Below, piece after piece: positions 1 through 13,414 of a DNA stretch of 64,000 bases; position 1 is the first letter of the stretch, and each line of letters opens with the position of its first letter. Location: positions 186,001 to 250,000 of the forward strand of contig NW_021835990.1 of assembly GCF_006345805.1 (NCBI RefSeq), in the 5' to 3' direction. The translations under genes were made by a program, and so were the position numbers. The notes below the pieces were generated by a model that was given only the letters and a program-made list of their open reading frames with translations, made no database searches and was not told where the DNA came from. Source of the stretch: Octopus sinensis (lineage: Eukaryota).

Positions 1-1042
1 TATCACGTTAGTTGTATTTATACGTTATTAACTATTTGAAAAATGTAAAAATGTTCATTATTTTGACATTTATTAAAATATTGATTGCTATTTCCTTTTT
101 GAATGCAGCTTGTTGGTAAGATATAGTAATTTCTTCAGAAAATATGGAATGCATATAGTAGCCCCTATTTTATAATTAATTCATTGTTGATTGATCTCAA
201 ATTTATAAACAAGGTTAAATATTCTAAATTAAGTTATGATAGAAGATCCGAATAAAAAGATATTTGATTTATATTGTCTAATTTTCTGTCAGAAAATCTA
301 TAAATTTCGTCCAAAATGCTCTAAATAGATGAACGTGTGCCCATTATTGGTATGTTGGTACACTGGACGGCTGAAAATACGTTCCTAGCTGAGTTTAAAC
401 AGACTGAAGATATTAAATCTTATTTATTTTTTAAATTTTCTTAATTTATCAAATTAAATACAAAAAAATATTTACGTATTAAGCACGTTATATTCTTTTC
501 TTGTGTTGTGCATTTCTGCTGTTAATTTTTATTTTTTTATTCCTTTCTATCAATGATTGTTTTTATAATATTATCATTTTTATATATTTGAAGATTAATT
601 AAATTGACCGTTTGTAAAATATCCTGAATAAGGTTTATTTTGCAAGTAAATTTATGTTCATTTTATCAATTAATTAATCTCCATTCCTATGAATTTTTTT
701 CAATTAAATTTATTTTCTTCTACATTATATTGACCATTTTTATTGTTTATTCTTAGTATTTTATTGTTTATTCTTATAGTTGTTTTTATTTTCATTTAAA
801 AAACGTTCACGAGTTCTTTTAGTAGTGTTGATTCCAATTTTTCTGATGACAATCTCCCCAATTTTAGACACAGAGATCCTATTTTTCCACGTGAATCTAA
901 TTCTTTTTACTATAGTAGAGCCATTTGAAGTAGTTTTCAACCGCATTGGGCGGATCCTTTTGTCCGGTTTTTGGAAAATTTTAAATTTTTGGGTGGACTT
1001 GGCAATAATTTACTTTTCATGTCATCCAGACATACTCTATTG

Positions 1043-1080
1043 CAGTGTTTCTTAACCTTTTTTGACCGGGGACCACTTTG
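1043..1080 (+). mobile_element. Isolated hAT (Buster/Charlie-like) terminus
   Basis: CAGTGTTTCTTAACC resembles the TIRs of the complete hAT elements at 1599 and 2622; no partner end found. Confidence 0.4.
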
Positions 1081-1479
1081 GTCTGTTGAATTTTTTTGAA
1101 CCACCAGAAACAAAACAATTTAATAAAAAATCATAGTATTGATGTTAAATCGGTGATCATCTAATTGTATACTAATTCTGCATTGGCTGCTGTCTATATC
1201 ATAACAAGTTGTTCCAACAGAGAGATTGACAAACTCAGACTTGAGGAATTAATTACCAGACAAATGTTGGATAACACCGGAATTAGAGTGGCTAAGTCCC
1301 TCAACAAAACATTAAGCGGACCAGGCTACAATCATCGAGATACCAGAGATTTAGAAGTGATTCATTTACCGGGCAATAGAATCCACGGCAAGAGTGAACA
1401 AAGGCCCAAAGGATCACCCTATTGGATGCCACAGGACGAGAAAATAAAAGAACCGGTCCAAGGTCCAAAAAGTTGGAAA

Positions 1480-2340
1480 TTTTTTTAGATTTTCTGCGAA
1501 ATCATTTCCGCTTTTATTTTTTAAGTTTTGAGTAAATGCATATTTCGAATACATATGACCGTCAAAATCCATGCTATGGATTCATTTTTTGTTTAAATCA
1601 GTGATTCTCAAGCTTTTTTGCTCAGGGGCCGCAAATTAAAAAAAAAAATTTACAGGGGCCGCAAATAATTTTTAAGAATTATTTATTAACCAAATAATCA
1701 AAATTAGGTTTAATTCTACTTGTTGAAGTACGTAACAAATCACTCAGATGAGTATCAGTCAATCTGCTGCGAAACTTTGTTTTAATTCGAACGAGTTTAC
1801 TAAATGTCGATTCGCAGACATATGTTGATCCAAACATTGCTATGTTGATCCAAATCAATCAATTCCAGTTGGTAAATCCCGGAAACCTCCTCACTTTTCA
1901 TAATTAATGGAGATGCAAATAATCTCATTGAATTTGCACCTTCTTTAAAGCTCTGTCAGCTTAAATTAAATACTAAAAACCTGAAATCTTGCATCAAATT
2001 GCAAATTTAAATCTTCAATTATTTTTAAATATTTATCAGTTGAGCCACTTTCGGAATTTTCTGACAAATAAGGAAAATGTGTGTAATCATTATTTGATAT
2101 CTGCGCTTTCCATAAAATTAATTTCTTAACGAAGGCATTTATATATCCATAAATTTGATAATTTAGCAGCTAAAACCTAGGGGCCGCAAATTAAATCCTA
2201 GGGGCCGCACTTGAGAATCACTGGTTTAAATCTTTAATAAACAATACCATAATTGAAACCTCTTCAAATCAATTAAATCCATCTGGAATCTTTCATTTGG
2301 ACGATGGGCAATCACATTATTTTCTTCATCCCCAAGTTTT
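1480..2340 (-). pseudogene. Ginger-like rve integrase core remnant, split by a hAT insertion
   Basis: Minus strand reads NERFQMDLIDLKRF (~2250-2310). Beyond the hAT element it reads WILTVI..YSKYAFTQNLK..SG, typical of the rve integrase core. Frameshifted. Confidence 0.6.
1599..2223 (-). mobile_element. Non-autonomous Buster-type hAT element
   Basis: Perfect 14-bp TIR CAGTGATTCTCAAG/CTTGAGAATCACTG; 8-bp TSD GTTTAAAT (1591-1598, 2224-2231); subterminal GGGGCCGCA repeats; internal remnant MFGSTYVCESTFSKL...RLTDTHLSDLL (hAT dimerisation domain). Confidence 0.93.
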
Positions 2341-2359
2341 AAGGGGATCGAAAATTTGC

Positions 2360-3350
2360 ATATTTCGTGAATAAATCCCTCCGCAATCCCATTATAGGCT
2401 GCTCAACCATCAGTAATGATATGGGTGCCGGGAAGTACGCGTCGAACGATAACTTCATTAAGTGTTTCCGCTGTTCTGTCTAAAGGATAAATGGAAAAAA
2501 GAACCAGCAACTTCTTCAAAAAAGCACTTTCTAGTTTCCCTGTCTATTCCACCCAATGGCCTGATCGCCAATGACCTTGATGGTACTTTCTGTGAAAAAA
2601 TTTACACTCGTCGATTTGCACCAGGGGTTCTCAACCTTTTTAGCTCATGGGCCAAATCGATAATTAAGAATATCTTAATGAAAAGAAGGCTTTATTAAGT
2701 AATAAAAATCAATGCGAGACTTTATTCTGTTTGGCGTCTATTATTTTATCAAAACAGGGAATAAATTTCGAACACGATGTGCGTAAAAGTTGATTTAGGT
2801 GTCTATCAGTCAATCGATTTCGATACTTTGTTTTTATTTACGTAAGTTTGCTGAAAAGAGCTTCACATGTATACGTTGATCCGAAGACTGATGCATTTTT
2901 TTGAGCATTATCGACCAAGTGATATATGTATGGAGCGGTTGCAGCATCTGCTTCCGTAGGTGACGAAAATATTTTTCCTCCTATTGGGGGTTAAATGCAC
3001 GATTTTCATGAATAATTTTTCTTCTTCGTTTAACACGTTTATCAGACATCACAAACAATATTATTTAAACATTAATGTACAAAATATCTAATATAAAAAC
3101 AAAAAATATTTAATATATTTGTATACTTTTAATCGGGCCGCACCAAAATTGTGGCGGGCCGCGGTTGAGAACCGCAGATTTGCACTATCGACTCTTTTAA
3201 AAATTATGTGAATTACGTAATGTATCTTCATTAACCACAAGTCCCCCAAATTTAATAGGAGCATTTGCATGAGACACCGTAATAAGTTGTCTGCAAAAGT
3301 TCATCCAATCTGTAGTCGTATTTCTAATTCGTACGAGATGAGATTTTCCT
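2360..3350 (-). pseudogene. Merlin/IS1595 (ISXO2-like) transposase remnant, split by a hAT insertion
   Basis: TTTDWMNFCR..., VQIDECKFFHRKYHQG, GGIDRETRKCF, DRTAETLNEVIVRRVLPGTHIITDG read across the removed hAT element. Confidence 0.8.
2622..3177 (-). mobile_element. Non-autonomous Buster-type hAT element
   Basis: 15-bp TIR CAGGGGTTCTCAACC / GGTTGAGAACCGCAG (2 mismatches); 8-bp TSD ATTTGCAC (2614-2621, 3178-3185); remnant SVFGSTYTCEALFSKL...RNRLTDRHL. Confidence 0.92.
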
Positions 3351-3356
3351 GGTAAT

Positions 3357-3590
3357 TTAATTGTAAAGAAATTGTCATGACAGTGCTGTTCTAAACCATT
3401 CTGCCCGCAGTGAGTAATATTGTGAATATTCTTGAAATGGAAAGCCATTTCCTCTTCATTATCCAAAGTAATTACAAGCTTCGGACTTTTATCTTTGCTT
3501 GAAAGATACAGCTTTCCAGAAATTACACAAAAATTTTCAGCTTTTTTGCTGAGTCGATAGCTGCGCTGACATCCTGCGACATTAAACAGG
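3357..3590 (-). pseudogene. Ginger-like integrase N-terminal (H2C2 region) remnant
   Basis: KKAENFCVISGKLYL...FKNIHNITHCGQNGLEQHCHDNFFTI; fused in frame to the Merlin remnant in ORF 3197..3466. Confidence 0.5.
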
Positions 3591-4479
3591 AATCACTGAG
3601 GATTTAGAAGTAGATTTTATATGAGAGAGACGGAACGAGAGAGCCATTCATAAACTGACTCATATTCTTTTTAAAGAGAGAAACCAAGGAATCACCGGGG
3701 AGACGAGCAGGGAGCCCAACGATTCCAATTAGAAATAGATGGATCGGAAATGACAGAATCGATTAGAGAGGATAAGTTTTGGGTCACCGAAATACGGGCC
3801 GATTTGGGATTCGAATAGGAATGCGGAAAGAAGAACGATAATTTAAGAACAAATTCAGAATGCAACAAAAATGGATCTGAAGGGTTATCAAGAGGGGGAG
3901 TAGTAGCGGAGGGGAGGTTATCATTTATATAAGAAGGAGGAAAGGAAGAGCAAGAAGAATACACCAACGAGAGAGGCTGGAAAGTGATTTCTTTGACATC
4001 TTGATACAAGAAATATGAAAAGAAGAATTGCAAGAATCACACTGAATAAACTTTTTTCCGATTATTGACGGATTTACAAACGGAACAGATAACCATTAGG
4101 AAATGAATGAAAAATCAAACAGAATTACCAAAAAACCTTATTTTCTTCTCTAATATAGACCAAAAAAGACAATAAAAGGCACCACAAAAACAATCCTCCC
4201 AAATCTTTAATCCAATGTCACCGGTTTTATAGCCCACCGGGTTGGATAACCCACGATCGAAAAAACTACCAAAAAATATAAATATAATCTAAAAATCATC
4301 TGAAAATATAATTAACTTTGATTTTCTTCTTTTTTATTTGTTTTTATATTTCTGCCTGTTGCATAAATCACACATCATTCATTTGTGCTTTACATTTTTA
4401 AAATAAATAAAATTTTATTTATTTAATGGGAGTCAATAAAAAATAAGAACTAATTCATTTAAAAAAATCAAAATTTTAA

Positions 4480-5078
4480 TCAAATTTTTTTTAATCTACT
4501 TAAATGCACGTTTGATGCTGTTTCTCCATTATCTTTATTAACACTACACGTAGTTTCAAATTTTTCTGAAACTGTGTACTTATTTATATCCAGTTCGTCA
4601 TATAATGGGTATCTACGGTTACCAGGGTTATCATCCCTGTCGTGTTTCAGCAGCACTTCAATGTCTTCTGCGTCATATTTCCACTTACGACGTTTTTTCA
4701 TTTTCTCTCCAGCTTTAACAAGGTTTTCATGCACTTGTTTCTCAGTTTTATTATCGTCATTTTCAAAATAATTCGAATTTGACTCATCACTTTGTTCTGC
4801 ATTTGTTCCGTCAAACATTAACAATGCATTTATTTGATCTTCTGTTCTCTCCGAATCTTTTTTATCCCCCATAAAAATTTTGAAGGGCGCCCATTTGGTA
4901 GTTTCATGTTGTGTGGAGTTATATTTGTATACAATTTCTTGATAAAATTCCTTGAATTTCCCTAGCATTCCGTTTTATGCACTTGTAGAGCTAATCCATC
5001 TTTTAATTGATTGATTAAACCTACAAATAAATTGACTATAAGAAACCTCTCCACTTGCCCCTGAACCAAGGGTGCTCT
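4480..5078 (-). pseudogene. Ginger-like rve integrase C-terminal half
   Basis: PLVQGQVER..NQSIKRWI then EIVYKYNSTQHETTKWAPFKIFMG, matching the integrase QGQVER...YN...H.TT..SPF signature. Confidence 0.7.
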
Positions 5079-5082
5079 AGGT

Positions 5083-5150
5083 CAGGGGTCGGCAAAAGCA
5101 GGCTCGCGAGCCTTTGAAGGCTCTTTAACTATTACGGTAGGCTCTTTCAA
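5083..5150 (+). mobile_element. hAT terminus fragment
   Basis: CAGGGGTCGGCAA...GGCTCGCGAGCC...GGCTCTTT, typical of Buster/SPIN-like ends; truncates the integrase remnant. Confidence 0.5.
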
Positions 5151-5232
5151 TTTTTAACTATTTTTTTGTTTTGTTAAACAACGCTAATGACCAGCGAAAC
5201 ATATTTAAAGAAATTTTCTGATTGGAAAGCTC

Positions 5233-6514
5233 ATGACAATCCGTCAAATGTCACAAATAACCACCCAAATAGTAAAAAATATTAACTTATTAATACTCAG
5301 GCGGGACTAATGGGCATTTAAGTGAGTTTAAAGACGATATAATCAATAAAAACTACGCTTCACATTCTTGTGGGGCTAAAGTACTTGAAACGAACTCTGA
5401 GTGTCATAATTCACAGGCAATTCTATCAGATGATAAAGATTTTTATACAAATAATCCATGTGAGGCTAAAAATGGTTTTTTTAATATATTTAATTATTTT
5501 TTTAGGTTTGTGATCAAGCTGTGTGACTCCATCGATGTAACATCTGTCAAATTTGCAATTTATCAGTCCATCCACCCGAGTCTCCAAAGGCTAGTGAATG
5601 GCAATTTTTGATCGAAAGTGACCTTTTAATCCGATTTATCCGAATTGACTATGTCGAACATGAAGGAAAGCATCATTTCTGCCCTCTGATTTATTTTCGG
5701 TTTGTTACAAAATTATATTTTAGGTTTTATGGACTGACAGAAGAGGAGTTGCTTTTTATGTACATAAATAAGCATGATTCCGTTACACCTCCTGTCCCAG
5801 AAATCACGGAAATTGATTCCTTTGATGGTTTTCTATCAAATTTCAAGCTCAGGATATTGTTTGGGTGGAATAAATCTGTTAACTTGGAGTTTGTTTATGG
5901 AAGATCAAGTTTTTTGTCCAGTCGACGACTTTAAGCATTCTGCGAAAGATAAAAATGATTCGAAAGTGGGATTATCAGGCTTACTACATCTACTTCCCAG
6001 CAAAAGGAAATGGCTTCCCTTTTGAAATTAAGCGGAAATATTAAAGATTTACAAAAATCCGCAATTTTAAGCGAAATAATTTATATTTTTAAGATATTTG
6101 GATGAAATGAGTCTATATTATAATCGGAATATATGTGAGTTGAATGCTAGACTGGATACTCTGGCTAACGAAAATACAATGACAATGAATAAAGTAGTTT
6201 TGTTAGTTTAAAATTGGATAAGGTTCGATTTTTGCACAATCATTTGTATTTGTTGCAAAAAAGATTGTTTGAATTGGAAAGTAATGTTTCATACTATACA
6301 AGATTGACCGATGATTTGGAACGAAATCTATATATTGAGGATTATTTGTAGTTGCAGAAGCAAGATCGTGTTATTCTGCTTGTTGTCATATCTGTTGTGG
6401 ATATTTGGGCATTTATTATTCTTTACAGACATGAAAGTATAATTTATTGGTTTTAATGAGGCTAGAGAAGGTCATTTAGTACATTTTATGAGTGATGCTT
6501 TTGAATGCTTGTGA
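5233..6514 (+). CDS. SUCO: Mid-SUN domain protein (SUCO/Slp1-like), multi-exon, possibly internally deleted
   Basis: KNYASHSCGAKVLETNSECHNSQAILSDDKDFYTNNPCEAK / FVIKLCDSIDV / RFIRIDYVEHEGKHHFCPL / LLKLSGNIKDLQK...YLDEMS, then coiled-coil and TM-like segments. The usual NYELFSS stretch is not visible. Ends approximate. Confidence 0.75.
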
Positions 6515-6739
6515 ACTATTTATTTGTTTATTTATTGAATAAACGACTTATTGATTTTTTTGTTAAAATATTATAGAATAATCGAAATAGTGTTTTACAT
6601 TTTATGATCCGCAAAACTAGGATCTCTTTTAAAGATAATAACTTTTATTTTTGGTATTTATTATATTCTTATTATTGACACAAAAATTGACAAAGTGATA
6701 ACAGAAAAGTAACTCAAAAGATAGTCAAGAGCCTAAGTG

Positions 6740-7210
6740 TCAGCTTAATGACTCTGCATATTAAGTGGCAGTTTTTGCGGACCTTAGCGACTGAGATTTG
6801 CTGAAAAAGTTAGCTAGTCTCCTTCAGGTCGCTAGTTTTCGTCGAAATTTTCTCAGCCAATGTCAGAAAGAAGTTGAATCGCACCCTTGTTGAGGATTCC
6901 AAAGATTTCAAAGGCAATGGAGATAAACTTTAGAGCGTCCAAAATGCACCCCTATTTTGTCTTTTTGACTCCTTCAGTCTGAATACTAGCGGAACTCTGG
7001 TTGTTAACTATCTCTGGTATAAGCGTTGCAGAAAACAAGTCAACACAGGTGGCTTCCGAAACCAGGGATTTGCCTTCTCTAAAAAAAGTAGTCATCCCGT
7101 CGGAACGCTTTCCGTCACTCCGGCAGAGACCAACTGACTATAAAGTGAAAGGAAAACCTCATGTATCTAAAGCTCTTTTGGCAAATTCGTTAAATCGAGT
7201 GTGACAAAGA
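6740..7210 (-). mobile_element. Degraded 3' end (RLE domain) of a CRE-clade non-LTR element
   Basis: GFPFTL*SVGLCRSDGKRSDGMTTF..GKSLVSEATCVDLF, homologous to the C-terminus of ORF 57004..59133. Confidence 0.75.
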
Positions 7211-7359
7211 ATTCTAGCAATATTTTTCTTTTACGACAAAGCGTGCAATCCGTTCGACGAAATTGATATCTCTTATTTGGCATAGAAGTCAAATACGTGA
7301 TGTTCTATATTACCAGTTTTTAATAAATAAATCAATGTAAATTTTTAGTGGAACTAAGA

Positions 7360-7700
7360 ATATGCATTTAGAACAATTTGATATCACGTTCTTGATGATT
7401 CGACTCTTGACTCCAAAGTAATAACGACTGCATAGATGCTGAATCTTATTGATTCCTTAACAAGCCTCTTCATGAAGTGAAGATACAATCAGTCTCATGC
7501 CTGGCTCATTTTTCTGAGAAATGACGTCGTCCTTTTCATTTACACTTTTCAGGTATAGCTTTTTTGTTCTTAATTTTAACATACGTTTTGCCTTGTTCCA
7601 GGTACAAACAGATTTACTTTTGACGGTAGATTTTAGCTCTCTATAACTTTTTGGCTGACCTGACTTTTTTGTCCATTTCCCGTCGTTTTTCCGCTTACAG
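7360..7700 (-). pseudogene. Ginger-like integrase zinc-binding region remnant
   Basis: SLHEEAC*GINKIQHLCSRYYFGVKSRIIKNVISNCSKC (degenerate H2C2). Confidence 0.5.
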
Positions 7701-7939
7701 GAAAATTCTTAATTATCAGTATCTCCACTTAATAATTATTAAATCACAACAAACATTTTTTTAATTTTTGGTAATATTTTTGAATGGAAATCTTATTATT
7801 TCATCCACCAATGACGTTTTATCTCGACTTAAAAATCTCCAGACATTAAATTTGAAAAAAGTAAAAATAATTAAAAAATGGAAGCATTTTTAAGTTCCTT
7901 GTTCTGTGAATTCTTTTTGCCATCTATAGACTCCGTGAA

Positions 7940-8460
7940 TTTAACCAACGAGGCTGTACATTCACGAAAAATATTCATGTTTTGTCTTAGTGCCAGCAGG
8001 ATTCTCAAGCACCCTTCACTGAATTACGTTTTAGACGTTCGCTTAGCGACACTGGATTCCCTTCAGTACTGGAACCAGTTGGGCTAGACCGTGGAAACGG
8101 AAAGCTTCCTGACAGGTCTACTTTATTCCAGTTCAAAATAGGACTTGCCCTCCTATGGGATGTAACACATGTCGACTCGTTTTCGTCATCAGTGGTCATA
8201 GACTATGTTTTCGCACTAGATTTGCCTCTGCTATGGCTAAAACCAAATGAAATCGCAAAGTATGCTTCCTTGGTCAAAACTTGTTGCTTCGTTCCCCGGG
8301 GTTTTGAAAACAGTGGGGTGATTGGCCAAAAAGCGCTTAAATTCTTTTCATAGATTGGTTTAATCATATCAAAGAGGAGTCACAACAGTCGTTTTTTAAC
8401 AAGAATCGGTCGAGATATTACGTGGAATTTGCCTGTCCATCCGCTCAGCGACTAATAAAA
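7940..8460 (+). mobile_element. Degraded 3' end of a CRE-clade non-LTR element
   Basis: GFPSVLEPVGLDRGNGKLPDRSTLFQFKIGLALLWDVTHVDSF...FVPRGFENSGVIG; same family as 56660-59153. Confidence 0.75.
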
Positions 8461-8668
8461 TTAAATTGTTCTTTTTTTGTTGTCAATATTTTGTTTTGTC
8501 TTATTTGCTACTGGAGGACTTACAATTCCCCACAAAGGGAATTGGATTTGCCAAAAATCGAATTTTTTCTTTAAAAATAATAGTTAAATGTTTTAAAATC
8601 ATTCTTTCTCTCAATACCATTATTTTTTTAATATTAAAATTTATTTTTGTTTTTTATTGTATTTTAAC

Positions 8669-8908
8669 TTCCTGAAAGAGGGATCGAGCTTCCGTGGACG
8701 TCCACGTGTTACGCTGCCGGAAACACTTGACGGAGACCTGAAATGTGTGAAGAAAAGGCTAAGGAGTGGTGAGGATCTGGACGAGCTGAGGAAACTCGCT
8801 CACGACAGAGGAGGTTGGAGGAGGCTGGTTCAAAGGATTGTTTTTAATGCTGCACGAGTAAAATTATAACTAATATGATTCTACGTATGTTGCAAATAAT
8901 AATAATAA
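8669..8908 (+). mobile_element. 5'-truncated RTE-like non-LTR retrotransposon
   Basis: RGRPRVTL...LRKLAHDRGGWRRLV C-terminus, (AAT)n tail, 14-bp TSD TATTGTATTTTAAC at 8655-8668 and 8909-8922. Confidence 0.85.
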
Positions 8909-8930
8909 TATTGTATTTTAACGTAAAGTA

Positions 8931-9914
8931 CAATGAACCCTCGCAAATTGGCTATTTTTGGAACATGAAAATTTCATGGCCAATTTAAAAAAAATCAATA
9001 CTTTAAAAATTAAAATAGACACGTTTAAATTTAATTAAAATAAAATTTAATCCCTAATTTGTTTTTAATTTCCCGTTGTAGGTTTGCTTTATATTTTATA
9101 TTGCAGTAATGAGCAAAAAATCATTTTCATTTTTTCTGCATTACAGTCAAGTTCCTTTTCTACTCTGGTTAATCTAATTTCTATGTTTTTTCCATCAAGT
9201 TGATATGTGATTTTTGTATCATAGTGTTCAATTATTAAATTTTTAGAGATACAATGTACAGGACAGTGGTCTATTAGAAATAAAATTTTCTTTCTAATTT
9301 TAAGCTAGAGATAAAAACTGATAATCTAATCAATAAATATAGATGCAGTCATCCAAGCTTTCTGTGAGCTATAATATAAGACTAGAAATCCATAGTTAAC
9401 ATTTCTAAAGCATCTAGGCATTTTCGGTTTTCCAATCACAACTGGTTTTAATTTATGATTTTCGGTCATATTTAAACAAAGCATAGATACATGGTCTATA
9501 TAATTTTTGTATCCTTGGAATCGGTTTTTGCATATGCTTTTCGCTGAATAAGTTTATAATATAATGCAGTATCATCCAGATTATAGATTTGATCAGACTT
9601 ATACAATTTAGCAATTTCTTTAAATTCTTGACAGAATGAATTAATGTCAACTACTTTATCAGTTCGAATCTCTCGATGTAATTTTGACATTCTAAAACAT
9701 GCCTCTTTTTGAATTTTGTTAGAAATCCGGTAGAATTTTAAAAATTATAAAGTTGTAACTTTTTGGCAAAATGCGCAGCCTTACACGATATTAAGGAATC
9801 ATTCAACTAGTTTAAAAAAATTCAAAAAATTGTGGCCAATTTGAAATTATTAAGAAAATTAATTTTTTTCTTAGTAAATCGTTAAAAAATTGGCCAATTT
9901 GAGAGGGTTCACTG
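8931..9914 (-). mobile_element. Defective pogo/Tigger DNA transposon
   Basis: TIR CAATGAACCCTCGCAAATTGGC / GCCAATTTGAGAGGGTTCACTG with TA on both sides; remnants IYNLDDTALYYKLI, VIGKPKMPRCF, QKAWMT. Confidence 0.88.
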
Positions 9915-11692
9915 TATATTAATTACGTGGACACAAAAAGATTGTTTTCATTTTAATGACACAAATTAAAATGCAATATGCCTTATTGAAAAAATGAATT
10001 TAACTCCATTTTTAACGCCGATTGCACAAGATTATTTTATAAATGTTTAAAGATTTCGCACTGTTTATTTTTTTATTCATAATTACAAGATTATTCACTC
10101 CTTTATATGAAAATTATCCAGAAAATAACCATCTGAATTTGATTTAAATTTAGATTCGGATATTTGAGCAAGATACACAGTGTAAATTGATGGTTCATTC
10201 CTCGAGATCAATTGTAATATGTTTTTTTTGATTTGAAGACGGTTTTGCTAAAAAATCTCTATTTAATTTTCGTATTTTGGTGCCGTTTTTGAACAATTTT
10301 ATTCTCACAAATCTCACAGTCGGTTTGGGAATTTCTAGCATTTTAGTTTTTCGAAAGAATATTAGCCAATGTTTACCCCCGACCAAAACTTTGTACTCAT
10401 AAACGGAATTCGCAACTTTTTGAGATTTCTTTCTTCGCACCGGCATTTGGCCAAAATTATAAGTTGTATTCCAAAATTAGTTAGGATTATTGTCAACTGA
10501 ATTTAGCCGCTATTTTATTCAATTGAATCTGCCCTATCTTCTGACTCAAAAGCTGATTGGTGCAATCTTTGCTTTGCTTTGCCTCTGTAGTCTTTTCCTA
10601 TCTGTTAAAAACCTCTCCTTCCTCGAGCTCTTACTTCATTAAATCCTCGGGCAAACCATAAGTTAAACCACAAAATCCAAGGTCTTTGGAAACTCCTTAA
10701 AGGATTACCCGTAATAAACTCTCTCAATCGGCAGACATTCCCAATTTCAACAGATCTTTTTTTGGTCTTACAAGGAGCATCAAAGACCTCTCAGTTACAA
10801 AAATCATACTATTTTGGTTCCCCAACATACCAAACTGAATCAAAACAAGCCCTTGTTGAAAAGAAAGCCGTGCTTGATTGTATTCTCAATAGGATTACAA
10901 TCGCGTCTCTGAGAGCTCATTTGATCTTCTTTTTTATCAACAACGATTTTTTTATTTCTAAATTTGCTTTTCAGTTGCGATCGATGCTTGAAAGTTTTCG
11001 ATTTTAAAAGACTCTATCATTTTTGTTGCAAACTGGGTGTAAATAGATTTACCAGGCACTCAACGTTAAACAACCTTGTTAAAAAAGCTTTGAACTCAGA
11101 AAATTTTTTTTCTATTTGAGAGCACATGGGCGTGATTGCAAAACGTCCTGGCGGATTGACACGTTTGTCGGGATGCCAAATATCTCGTTTGGGATGTACC
11201 ATATGTGAACTTTCGAAAATCTAATCTAATTAACTTTTTTCACCTTCGAATATTTATTAAAGATCAATCATTTAAGACAAACGCGTTTTCGAATTTATCG
11301 CCTTGAATTAATATATTGTTATTTGGGTAGCTATTAAAAAAATTCGCTGCGTCTTGGGGATAGGAACAGCACAGCATGTTTTCGCCCAACAATCTGCACC
11401 AAAATATTTTTTATTATATCAAAATGTGTCCATAACTGCACATTCGGGGAAGCCAGTCTTAAAACCTCAGAGAAAACTTTATTCTCTTTTATAATCGGAG
11501 GAACAACAAAGTCTTGTATCAGCTTTGGAAAATGTTCTTGAAAATTACCGGAAATTTTCCTGGCATTAAATTTGCGACCAATTTATCTAAACCTTTATAA
11601 ATAACTTTATCAAACATCGCCAGATTCGACTATCAAGTCCATGAACTATTTTACCTATGTAAATAACATACAAAAATTTTATTAATTAAAAA

Positions 11693-12450
11693 TCATTGAA
11701 AACAACTTTGTTTATCACATTTTTTAAGTTGACAAGCCTCCTTATATGGTGGATTAATAGGAGGCTGAATAGGTTCGCGGTATACATACTCCTCCTCTCC
11801 AAACTGACATTAATTAAAGTATAAATACTACTTCTAATATATACGTTTTATCTGAATCCAATGAATTGAGATCCCCACAGAAAAGAAATTCTGGACGGAA
11901 AGAATTTTGATGTTTAAACAATAAAAAGGAATTTTCTGGTGCCTTTTCAGCGCCATAAAATCCTCTGCAAACTACAAACGCTTCTGCACTCGAATTTCGA
12001 CTGCTGGCAGGTTTAGCAACAGAAAGGTCCTCAAAAAACAATCTCAATTGGGAACATAGTAGATCAAAATTTTTAGCTCGAAAAATCTAAGAACAATTTG
12101 AATTTCTCACTTTAGACATAAAGACCCTCCTTTCTTCAACAATTTAATGGATATTTTAAGTGCCTTGTAAAAATATTAATAAACTTACTGAAAGGACAAG
12201 TTGAGCTTGCATATACTCGTCCATGTCATGCAGTCCGTGACTAAACAAAATAATGAATGGACAACCATCGGGGGCTCCATCACATACAACAAGGTTGGCC
12301 AAATTTCCATCCAAATTCTGAATAATCAAATCGACTGTTTTGCTCTAACAGTTTTAAAATAAATATAAACATCTGTAATGTCACATTGCAGTGTAATAGC
12401 GTCTTGCAGTGGCTTTATCTCCTGAACATCCACTGACACTTATATTAAAC
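11693..12450 (-). CDS. FTSJ1: tRNA (C32/G34) 2'-O-methyltransferase FTSJ1/Trm7, 5' part not found
   Basis: [91 protein letters not shown] with tiny introns. The N-terminal RARSAFKL and DLCAAPGSW motifs are not seen upstream. Confidence 0.85.
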
Positions 12451-13414
12451 TTCATTAAAAATGAATTTTTTTAGTTTATGATTACATTTCATAATTCGAA
12501 CAGCAAATACTGTTCCAGAATCATCCAATACATTGCATTAGCAATGGAGCAACTGTTTCTATTAATCTTTTAGTAAATTCGTTAAGATTTTTAACAGGAA
12601 TAATCTTAAGAAGTTTTACTGTAATGCATAGTTAACTCTTATTTAAATAAACACTCTTTAATAGTGTTTAATCTAAAAACAATCCACAACCGCCGAAAGT
12701 AAATCCAAAGTAGGTCTTACAACAAGAAGTGTTTCCTTCGAACAGTCATAGTAGTCAATAACATACATATCTTACATCAAAACCACACCGATCGACATAC
12801 CAGTCGTGACGATCGAAGGGTAATTGATACCTAAAGAACTAAACTTTAATATTTCTAATTCTTCTCCAAAAAATTTCTAATTCTTGCACGCAGAGAAATA
12901 TTGTCACTTCTCCCGTGGAAACGGCGTAAATTAGGACTAAGACAATCACTAATATATTTGTTTCCATATTTAAAACTTCGCGTGAAGGGCTTTTCATTTG
13001 AGAATCTCGATAACCTAACAATAACACGGTAAAACATTTCAGAAGATAAATAAGTCCAATTTTTTGAATCAAAAGAGGGCATTGGAATACTTGACGTTTC
13101 TCATTTTTTTGGATTACAGAAATTCTGAGAAACTGTATCCTTACTAAGATCTGGAATCTATTTTCTAAGATTTCATATTATTGACAACCATATTCCGATC
13201 ATTTACAATCTCTATATTGTTCTGTGCAATTGGAAACCCTCCTTCTGATGGGTTAGAGATTTTCGTATTATTATTCAACTTCTCTTTTGATATTGGGCAA
13301 AAAACTTCATTTAAAATATAATTAATTAGAAAACTAAGAAGCAGAATTGAATACCAGCTTCGTTAAGAGACGCATGTGACGTAATTACTGTAATGTAATT
13401 TATTGAAAAAAAAT

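Noticed and set aside
3197-3466. 89-aa ORF as a real gene
   Set aside because: Chance in-frame junction of Ginger-like and Merlin remnants
10100-11650. Minus-strand coding-like fragments
   Set aside because: No family could be recognised with confidence; possibly a decayed transposase plus a gene fragment, left unannotated
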